From the IMG/VR virus record IMGVR_UViG_3300045988_154277: 64,000 nt of DNA; one strand, 5' to 3'. Below, one piece after another: positions 57,901-64,000 of this stretch. Positions within the stretch are counted from its first letter, which is position 1. Each line of letters begins with the position of its first letter. Under the pieces are notes generated by a model. The model was given only the letters and a program-made list of their open reading frames with translations, was not told the origin of the DNA and searched no databases. Origin of the DNA: a virus. The position numbers and the translations under genes were made by a program.

Positions 57901-58507
57901 GCTTCCTGCAGTAGATGGTTCCCAACTGACGAATCTTCCTGCCGGTGCTGTAGATCTCTCTGCTTATACAGGTGGAATCAACTTGAACAGTACGAATGAT
58001 TCCGCTGTTGCGATCAAATTCAACAGTGGCAACCCAACGTACAATGCAGAACTCTCAATGAGTCCTGCTGGAGTTACACTCTCCGGTTATGGAGATGTAT
58101 CACTGGAACACACAGGTGGATCTTATCTAAGACTCACCTCTGGTGAAGCCACGTTATCTTCTAACGCGTCACTTGCATTGAGTGCTGGTTCCAGACTCAC
58201 GATCAGTGCATCGGAAGGCATCTATCTTGGTGCCGCTGGTTTGAACACCGCTGGAGGACTCGTGAAAGTCGGTGATGATGGGAAAATCCCTTCTTCTCTG
58301 TACGATGCTGGAACTGGTGGAGACACTTCTGCTTTGGAGACACGCGTTGCTACACTAGAAACCACAGTGGGTACACTGAATACTACTGTTGATGAGATCC
58401 TTGCTGATTACGGAGAAGGATCTGGTGCTCTGGTTTACCGTGTAGTTGCTTCAGCAACAGAGCCTGTGAACCCGACAGAGGGTATGGTCTGGATCAAGAC
58501 TGATTAA
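54968..58507 (+). CDS. large tail fiber/adhesin-like protein (1179 aa) with three LamG/concanavalin-like repeats
   Basis: Three repeats ending IRVSDIARYKGKSFTPPANGLYLPAPDGEWITI / IRMSNIARYRGQTFTPPGLAGYVTPPDGEWVTT / WRLSNAALYGDSEFTPPTDVYQDAPDGAWELV; C-terminal fiber repeats shared with 49067..51385. Confidence 0.7.
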   Translation: MKDQASLNLLIVDTPIDGKALEGHLMLRATSDGLKLYDNTGVETPIGGEVDETRLLPTGAKDGDLLIKSAEIVGNDYNDGHTVLFIQGSASNAAAADSPLPVTWNNQPAVQEDNTLLLTGSTQLSTASAPEVKRVFGGEFTVEAYLKPTQFNNTSRQDTNFFYLNGPSTYYIYLSNYNNSGNAENGKFGLWVYSGNRQITLNNEEFHHVALDVYMEGTTRKYTIYYDGVAVQTDTWYNDGVADSTNAIIRFFSNSDGAELNNCYLKSIRVSDIARYKGKSFTPPANGLYLPAPDGEWITINRSNFVEQTDHKLNPEPTTVEEAKYGFSPALKKDAETKTFAYEMPSKANDVPADSTLQLNDSGTPVFVEAEKVLLSDAKSTKLNQLDVVRQLPASPADNVTPVYKKQDVIGAMYNDSKVVVLLQGSKVNIAKNAAFQLTGGDDVTVDSDGNLVFNRGNGIIVPAGKFNNEDNGQFTVDIMVAVDQLPSDRLYEYILGNDNSPIYPFNYRVFNDGTVRFQYQNTSHYIQIEQGIFTLLSFDYDGTTLRSYKDGVLVGAQDMTYSAFPNVIGIGTDQYYQHTGFAGRIKYIRMSNIARYRGQTFTPPGLAGYVTPPDGEWVTTPAIGDNRLLPNNPTNGDIPVYTNDFDRSNFNTTDTVCLLQNAGLNQFENVAKGKIGGSRINNYGGSVTIDENGYFVYPGGSGTRIEFIDSGWNASGNGDWTLDVRMIAEATGSSQYFLGPANDGSGDPQAVIRGSGTTGTIQPYEISDMIHDITFGEEFTYSMAWEAATKTLRTWKDGKQMRKKTFTSNGYQFGFKGATEFWLGRNAVDPGLKGKVKYWRLSNAALYGDSEFTPPTDVYQDAPDGAWELVNKSEIGGGGISEIAVGTGLSGTGITSDPLNLNIANYTSQSTISLSSTEGSVNLAGHNSVNLQETFGNKLTLAERGIVITTASGADVLLNEHASNSPGGFVILDNTGKLPAVDGSQLTNLPAGAVDLSAYTGGINLNSTNDSAVAIKFNSGNPTYNAELSMSPAGVTLSGYGDVSLEHTGGSYLRLTSGEATLSSNASLALSAGSRLTISASEGIYLGAAGLNTAGGLVKVGDDGKIPSSLYDAGTGGDTSALETRVATLETTVGTLNTTVDEILADYGEGSGALVYRVVASATEPVNPTEGMVWIKTD

Positions 58508-58603
58508 TCTTAAACGAAACGCCGTACAGGTACCTGTACCCTATGACATGCAATAGGGTATGCGTATCTCTATCTCTACAACCATTAACCAAGGACACAC
58601 CGT

Positions 58604-58888
58604 ATGACATTTTATCTCACCATGTACGGTTACAACGACTACAGTGAGATCATGAACCGGTTCTTCGCTACCATTGAATTGCCGAATGGAGAACGTGTCT
58701 ACTCTGAAGAAGGCAACTGGCAACTGGATACAGATTCTGTCTGGGAGAACCTGGATGGATACACCAGCTACAAACTCACGATCCCGTTCCACATGGATGA
58801 GGAAGGTGATATCTCCACTTCGTTCCAGTGGTCCTGGTACATGGTAGGTGCGGCTACTTTCGTGGATCCGTTCCCGACCATCGCGTAA
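58604..58888 (+). CDS. hypothetical small protein
   Basis: 94-aa ORF between two terminators. Confidence 0.45.
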   Translation: MTFYLTMYGYNDYSEIMNRFFATIELPNGERVYSEEGNWQLDTDSVWENLDGYTSYKLTIPFHMDEEGDISTSFQWSWYMVGAATFVDPFPTIA

Positions 58889-58898
58889 CACAGCATAT

Positions 58899-58932
58899 AT
58901 TCTACAGGAGAACTTTACTTTCTCCTGTAGAA
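58899..58932 (+). terminator. hairpin terminator
   Basis: attctacaggagaa-ctttac-ttctcctgtagaat then ctttcag. Confidence 0.6.
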
Positions 58933-58974
58933 TCTTTCAGAACGATATGAACCTTTTAATATAAGGAGGACTTT

Positions 58975-59181
58975 ATGTCTAAAGCAAAGATCTACATCAA
59001 CGGCGCTTGGGTTGACCTAGGAGGAGCAGATATCCAATTCGCAGTTGCACAATCTGCTGGTAATGAAGCAACCAAACAAGTTGTGGTACGACCAGTTACT
59101 ATTGCTGCCGACGGCACCAGCACCTATAGTGGTGAGGCAAGGACCGTACTATACACATTCGATATCCCAACTGGAGCGTAA
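58975..59181 (+). CDS. small protein (68 aa), intact paralog of the poly-G-interrupted gene at 10449
   Basis: ataaggaggactttATG; MSKAKIYINGAWVDLGG...RTVLYTFDIPTGA. Confidence 0.55.
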   Translation: MSKAKIYINGAWVDLGGADIQFAVAQSAGNEATKQVVVRPVTIAADGTSTYSGEARTVLYTFDIPTGA

Positions 59182-59184
59182 CTC

Positions 59185-60792
59185 ATGAGTATGACAACGA
59201 CATCAGGAACCGTATTGAACGGATTGTACGTCGGTTCGTCTACACCGGTAGCAAACCAAAAGGGATTGTTGATTGACAACAAATACTTCATCCCATTGGT
59301 CGAAAGCTCTAGTTCTGGTACTGATACATCCGATGCTACGGCAACAGCCAGCGATATTTTACAGGACAAGACAGCTTATGTCAACGGTGAAAAAATCACG
59401 GGAACGATAAGCTCTTATACCGGCTCAAGCCTGATTATACCGGGCGTTGAAGATAAAGTATTATCAACCGCTGAAGGAATCTACCTGCCAAAAGCCGTAA
59501 AGGTCGCAGGCGAATCCGACCTGCTGGCGGAGAACATCAAGAAAGGTGTAAGTATCTACGGCATCGTAGGGACGCTGGAGAGCTCCGGAGGCACCTCGGC
59601 GGAGTATTACAAGTGTGCTTCTGTAAGCTCAGGAACAAGCGGGACACTGCTGGAAGGTCGCCTTATGACTATGTCGTTTATTGATGTCGTTGACTTCAAT
59701 TACAACACAGAACCTACAGTTATTCATCTGACGATGGTTGACACCACCAAGACAGGGCTTGATAGGGAATGGGTTAGTTCTGACGGGGTATACACGTTCA
59801 AGAAATATGTGTCTACTTCGGAAGGTTATATTTCATGGGGACTTTATAAGAATAGCGACAATACCTACTCGCACTATATCACAACGGGACTGCTCGATCA
59901 AGATAAAATGACGACGGATGAAGAAGGTAGCACCGTCGATCTGAGGGACCCGTGGGAGATAAAGCAGTTATACAGCGCGGCTGGCTTCATGGACACTCAA
60001 ACAATATCGTGGGGACACTCGCAGGAATCCGTGGGAGGAGGAAAGACATGGAGTGGCTACAAGGCGGTATTCGACTCCGGCACCGGAACGTGGAGCTTTT
60101 CTGATACTGTAACGGAAGGATTGATCTACTCAGCGGTAACACCAGTGCCTGGATTCATCTATAACGACGACTGTACAGTGTTCGTTAAATCGTTGTATGT
60201 TGGAGTGGCTGAAATACCAACTGATAACTTATTCTATTATCTGCCCTTAAGTGAGAATTATAACACATCCGTTGGTGCCGAAACTAGCATAGGTACAGGT
60301 ACGCTCTCCTTTACATCGGAAGATAGCATAAAGTGTGCAAAATTCGATGGTACACAATACCTGAATACAACCTCGTTGGTCAATCAACCCAACATGACGT
60401 TCTCTTTCTGGGCAAAGAAAACAGGTACAGACACCGGAGTCGTGATAGGACAACCTTATAATTCGTATATAGCGCTTAGTAACACTTCACTGTCACTCAT
60501 GACAGATGCTACTGATACATCTGTTAATGTGAATACCACTACCTGGCATCACTATGCTGTCAAGAAGGTTGGTGTGCAGTGGTCAGTGTATGTAGATGGT
60601 ATCCTTGAACATACGTGGTCTGGAAAAGACTTTGACCGTAGTGGAAACACTATGCGTATTGGTGTTCATGGGTATAACCAATCGTACCTTCGGTTCAATG
60701 GTTACTTAACATCAATACGTATTTATTATAAAGCACTCACCGATGCTGAAATTGTAGCACTCTCCAAGGAACTTTCACCAACGAAACAATGA
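59185..60792 (+). CDS. fiber/adhesin protein (535 aa) with C-terminal LamG-like domain
   Basis: Ser/Thr/Gly-rich N-terminus; C-term ...MTFSFWAKKTGTDTGVVIGQ...TTWHHYAVKKVGVQWSVYVDGILEHTWSG...GYLTSIRIYYKALTDAEI. Confidence 0.65.
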   Translation: MSMTTTSGTVLNGLYVGSSTPVANQKGLLIDNKYFIPLVESSSSGTDTSDATATASDILQDKTAYVNGEKITGTISSYTGSSLIIPGVEDKVLSTAEGIYLPKAVKVAGESDLLAENIKKGVSIYGIVGTLESSGGTSAEYYKCASVSSGTSGTLLEGRLMTMSFIDVVDFNYNTEPTVIHLTMVDTTKTGLDREWVSSDGVYTFKKYVSTSEGYISWGLYKNSDNTYSHYITTGLLDQDKMTTDEEGSTVDLRDPWEIKQLYSAAGFMDTQTISWGHSQESVGGGKTWSGYKAVFDSGTGTWSFSDTVTEGLIYSAVTPVPGFIYNDDCTVFVKSLYVGVAEIPTDNLFYYLPLSENYNTSVGAETSIGTGTLSFTSEDSIKCAKFDGTQYLNTTSLVNQPNMTFSFWAKKTGTDTGVVIGQPYNSYIALSNTSLSLMTDATDTSVNVNTTTWHHYAVKKVGVQWSVYVDGILEHTWSGKDFDRSGNTMRIGVHGYNQSYLRFNGYLTSIRIYYKALTDAEIVALSKELSPTKQ

Positions 60793-60859
60793 CGTGTTAG
60801 TGAACTACTTCTATCTGAAGAAAGGGACTTCTTTGAACAAATGTTAAAATAAGAAGGAT

Positions 60860-61267
60860 ATGGTTATGGCTGAGATGATCGACAATGTGGAAGTGAAGCT
60901 CGGTAGAGCGATCCGTGTCAAGAACTTGGATCCTCGTAAAGGAGAAGCGGAAGTATACATCGCTCTCCAAGTGGAAGACCTGAACGGTAAGAACGAACGC
61001 TGTGTTCTGTTCACGGAACATGAACTGGATCTCTGTCCTGTATTGGACATCACTTGGGATCTGGTTCCCGGAAGACTGTATCCGTATGCTGATAACCAGT
61101 ATAACGGATATATCGTGAAGACACTCACTTACAGTACCAAGAGAGATGAGTGGTATGTTGTGGTTCGTCGGATCACACAGCACCGATTGGATATCGCTGA
61201 AGATCGGGCTGAGAAGAACCCAGAAGATCTCACCAAGAAACCCTGGTTAGTTGATTGGCTGGACTAA
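60860..61267 (+). CDS. hypothetical protein
   Basis: 135-aa ORF followed by a terminator. Confidence 0.5.
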   Translation: MVMAEMIDNVEVKLGRAIRVKNLDPRKGEAEVYIALQVEDLNGKNERCVLFTEHELDLCPVLDITWDLVPGRLYPYADNQYNGYIVKTLTYSTKRDEWYVVVRRITQHRLDIAEDRAEKNPEDLTKKPWLVDWLD

Positions 61268-61278
61268 GATAAATATGT

Positions 61279-61313
61279 CATCAGGACTGTGGGTACATCC
61301 CACAGTCCTGATG
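61279..61313 (+). terminator. rho-independent terminator (15-bp stem, T-rich tail)
   Basis: catcaggactgtggg-tacat-cccacagtcctgatg then gtattatatctttt. Confidence 0.7.
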
Positions 61314-61372
61314 GTATTATATCTTTTGCCATGCTATGCAAACACTATTCAACCAACCAAAGGAGCTCTCCT

Positions 61373-62677
61373 ATGGGTGTTATTATCAATCCCGGAGAAA
61401 GACCTTGGTACACTTCCCCAAGTGGCATTACCATAGTTGGTACAACCAAAACGTACCAGACTTGGGACGACATGCTGAAGGAACAGTACCCTGGCAAGTT
61501 AGCTTGGGTGGTAGATGCAACAGGTGACCCGACCGTGAACGAAGGTTCTGCTCTCTATACATGGAGACAACATCAAGGTTGGGTGAAGATCTATGAGACT
61601 GAGTCGATGGATCAGGACATCAACGATGCGATCAACAAGTTCGTTGGTTGGATCGCGAATCCTGAACAGTTGAACACGCTCTATCCAATCGGTGAAGATG
61701 GGATGTTCGCTATCGTAGGAACTACAGACACGATCTGGGTATGGGATAGCGATACGAAGTCCTGGTTGGATACTGGGCAGGACCAGGTTGAAATCAACAA
61801 CAAGTGGGAAAGTATCGAAGGCAAACCGGACTATTTTCCGTCTACATTTGAGTTGGTGATCAACGAGGTCAACAACACTACATTGGCTCAGACGATCAAC
61901 GATCTCACACTGACCGATCAGGATCTGACAACCAGACTGATCACAGTAGAGACGAAGATCAACAACCTTCAGATCTCTGATATCTACGGGTTGCAAGAGA
62001 CCTTCAGTCGCCTGAAACCGATTGCATTTACCTCCAGTTGGAACGACTTAGTCGATATCCCAACTACCTTTACACCATCTGCTCACACGCACAATTGGAC
62101 TGACATCACTAATCCCCCACTGTTCTCTCTGGTAGGACATAAACACGATTGGGGGGATCTGGTAGAAACACCAGACTTCGATGCACTGTATGCACCGATC
62201 GATATCAACTTCGATGATCGGTATGCGATGCTTCAGCATACCCATCAGTGGAGTAATATCCAAGATGTTCCCAACTTCGCATTAGCGAATCACAACCACG
62301 ATACAGTGTATGCCCCAAGGATCCATACACACACGATGACAGAGATCGTGAATCTTACGGAGACTTTGGACACACTTCAAAGAAGCATCGACAACATCCA
62401 AACATCCGTGGATGGTAAAATGTCAACTCCAGATCCGATCTCAGTTGGACAGATGGTTGTACTTGGAGAAGACGGAACCTATCATGGACAAGATATCCCT
62501 GGAGGTGATGTTACTTCTGAGGAGTTCAACAACTTAATCAACCGTGTAACGGTTGTTGAAACCTCCAACACCGATCTGGAACAGCGTGTACAAGCTCTGG
62601 AAGCAGTGGTATTCGAAGTGGATCAACTGGCTGATCAAGCCTTGGATCTGCTTGGATACACTGGACATAGGGAGTGA
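61373..62677 (+). CDS. tail fiber protein with multiple HxH 'phage fibre' repeats; paralog of 46180..47538
   Basis: ORF track 61289..62677, start at aaaggagctctcctATG; repeats SAHTHNWTDI, GHKHDWGDL, LQHTHQWSNI, ANHNHDTVY, RIHTHTMTEI. Confidence 0.7.
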   Translation: MGVIINPGERPWYTSPSGITIVGTTKTYQTWDDMLKEQYPGKLAWVVDATGDPTVNEGSALYTWRQHQGWVKIYETESMDQDINDAINKFVGWIANPEQLNTLYPIGEDGMFAIVGTTDTIWVWDSDTKSWLDTGQDQVEINNKWESIEGKPDYFPSTFELVINEVNNTTLAQTINDLTLTDQDLTTRLITVETKINNLQISDIYGLQETFSRLKPIAFTSSWNDLVDIPTTFTPSAHTHNWTDITNPPLFSLVGHKHDWGDLVETPDFDALYAPIDINFDDRYAMLQHTHQWSNIQDVPNFALANHNHDTVYAPRIHTHTMTEIVNLTETLDTLQRSIDNIQTSVDGKMSTPDPISVGQMVVLGEDGTYHGQDIPGGDVTSEEFNNLINRVTVVETSNTDLEQRVQALEAVVFEVDQLADQALDLLGYTGHRE

Positions 62678-63192
62678 TGATCATGCAGTTACTTGACAAA
62701 CAACGTAAGATCGTGGAGCTATTGCAGCCTCTGTTGGAAGAGTGCAAAGAAGCTCTTCGTAATAAGAAGGTCACTCTCCCTACCAACATGGGTCTTGCAC
62801 AGGTTCCTGATTTCATCAACCTGATCGAACAGAGTGAGTATGAGTTCTTCATGAACTTCTTCCTGATCGATTCGGTTGGATCACCGGATATCCCGAATAC
62901 AGGGCAGTCGTGGTATGGAAGCGAGATCACTACAGAGATCGTTGGGTTGGATCCTGTCCCTGAACATTGGGCATTCCTGACACCCATCAACTTCCAAGAT
63001 CAAGCATTTAACCCCAACACGCAGTTGAACAAACGAGGGTGGGTCACTGCACAACAAGCACAGATCTACCCGAACTTCGATCACTACGACAACCAGCTCC
63101 CAACCACACTTGGGTTCCGAGGGTTACAGTCTGTCCCAGACAACATGGTGTATATGCCACCAGAAGAATTTGAAACAGAGGAGACTACGTAA
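62674..63192 (+). CDS. hypothetical protein (possible fiber assembly/accessory)
   Basis: 172-aa ORF overlapping neighbours (ATGA / TAATG). Confidence 0.5.
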   Translation: MMIMQLLDKQRKIVELLQPLLEECKEALRNKKVTLPTNMGLAQVPDFINLIEQSEYEFFMNFFLIDSVGSPDIPNTGQSWYGSEITTEIVGLDPVPEHWAFLTPINFQDQAFNPNTQLNKRGWVTAQQAQIYPNFDHYDNQLPTTLGFRGLQSVPDNMVYMPPEEFETEETT

Positions 63193-64000
63193 TGTGGTTT
63201 AAACATATAACTCCAACGTGGTACTACATCGATCCCACACAACAGTATAATGATAGTGTTGACTGGGATCCTGCAGAGCACGATGGATCTTCTATCACGA
63301 AATGTGATAGAGAACTTCCTGCTGTGTTGCAAGATAACACGGTTTATTTGATCAGACGTTCCAACCATCAGCACGTAACAGATGAAGGAGCATCTTATCC
63401 TCGTATCTGGTGTTACAACAATAGCAGTGGTTGTGTGCTTGCATCTGGAGCTATGCGTGTTGCTATCGTCGGTATGCCGAAACAAGATGATCCTGTCTTT
63501 GAGTATATGCCAGAAGATGCAAAAGCACAGTGGGGTGCTGATGCTTCCGAATATGCAACATTAGCCCAAAACTACAACAAGTATCTTGCTGATACACATT
63601 TCATCCAACTGAATGCACGTGATGTTGCGATTTACAATCTTCGTATCCGCACACTATCCATGAATCCTGGTTCCGGAGACCGTCGTAATGGTAAAGGGTT
63701 CATCATGGCGAACTGCGAGAACTTCGAAGCTTCGAAGATTTACAGTTGTATGATCCATGGAGATATCCTAGATCCTACCGATGTATCAGGTCGTTGGTTT
63801 ACATCGTCGAACGACGATAGCAATATGTCCACACCAACCTTGTTCCATGTTAGCTATACGAACACTTGTCACATTCACGACAGTGTGCTGATCAGCAAGC
63901 CTGACTGCTGTGACTCTGGTGGTTACATCTATCTGTACTCCAGATTCGGTAACTGTACCATCGAAGATATCACAGTACACAGTATCCCGTTGGCGAACCA
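63192..64000 (+). CDS. putative right-handed beta-helix tailspike/depolymerase-like protein, 5' part only (runs off window end)
   Basis: Open frame from ATG 63192 to window end; Asn/Cys/His-rich repeats (...NCENFEASKIYSCMIHG..., ...NCTIEDITVHS...). Confidence 0.45.
   Translation, partial: MWFKHITPTWYYIDPTQQYNDSVDWDPAEHDGSSITKCDRELPAVLQDNTVYLIRRSNHQHVTDEGASYPRIWCYNNSSGCVLASGAMRVAIVGMPKQDDPVFEYMPEDAKAQWGADASEYATLAQNYNKYLADTHFIQLNARDVAIYNLRIRTLSMNPGSGDRRNGKGFIMANCENFEASKIYSCMIHGDILDPTDVSGRWFTSSNDDSNMSTPTLFHVSYTNTCHIHDSVLISKPDCCDSGGYIYLYSRFGNCTIEDITVHSIPLAN

Noticed and set aside
1-64000. CRISPR arrays, IS elements, integrase/att sites, rRNA
   Set aside because: No regularly spaced direct repeats, no transposase/integrase-like ORFs and no rRNA-like segments were seen. 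The window looks like lytic-phage DNA throughout.

Overview
This window reads as a contiguous piece of a large tailed dsDNA phage genome, possibly a jumbo-phage-like myovirus; the host is unknown. Coding density is high and many genes have AGGAGG-type ribosome-binding sites. There are no rRNA, tRNA, CRISPR or obvious mobile-element signatures.

1 to ~10.2 kb is a minus-strand block of small early-like genes. It holds a tandem array of at least six paralogs of one unknown family separated by perfect palindromic spacers, two paralogous zinc-ribbon/acidic mini-proteins, and a second paralog pair.

10.4 to 31.8 kb is a middle region. It contains a poly-G-interrupted homolog of a late small gene, a 700-aa protein of unknown function, a phage chaperonin (GroEL/thermosome-like) operon, two adjacent HExxH metallopeptidase-like proteins, an acidic Pro/Glu-rich tandem-repeat protein and a four-gene minus-strand operon.

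31.9 to 46 kb contains a 500-aa protein followed by a 1442-aa giant protein, a dCTP-deaminase/dUTPase-like gene, a T4-gp1-like dNMP kinase and a DHH-DHHA1 phosphoesterase.

41.5 to 64 kb is a plus-strand late/structural module punctuated by strong hairpin terminators. It holds two paralogous tail fibers with HxH 'phage fibre' repeats, an Ala/Thr-rich fibrous protein, and a three-gene paralog family sharing a C-terminal module. It also holds a 1179-aa protein with three LamG-like repeats, a 535-aa LamG-ending fiber and a partial beta-helix tailspike-like gene at the 3' edge.

Three signals stand out. First, two G10/G11 homopolymer tracts with identical 'G(n)TAAT' context each sit exactly at the frame junction of a receptor-binding-type gene, so that one extra or one fewer G fuses or truncates the product. 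Second, a roughly 20-nt AT-rich motif, AGTWATATAT(A/G)..TTGAAA, occurs six times on the plus strand, two copies sharing an identical 33-mer, and looks like a phage promoter family. Third, the early tandem paralog array has palindrome-punctuated spacers.
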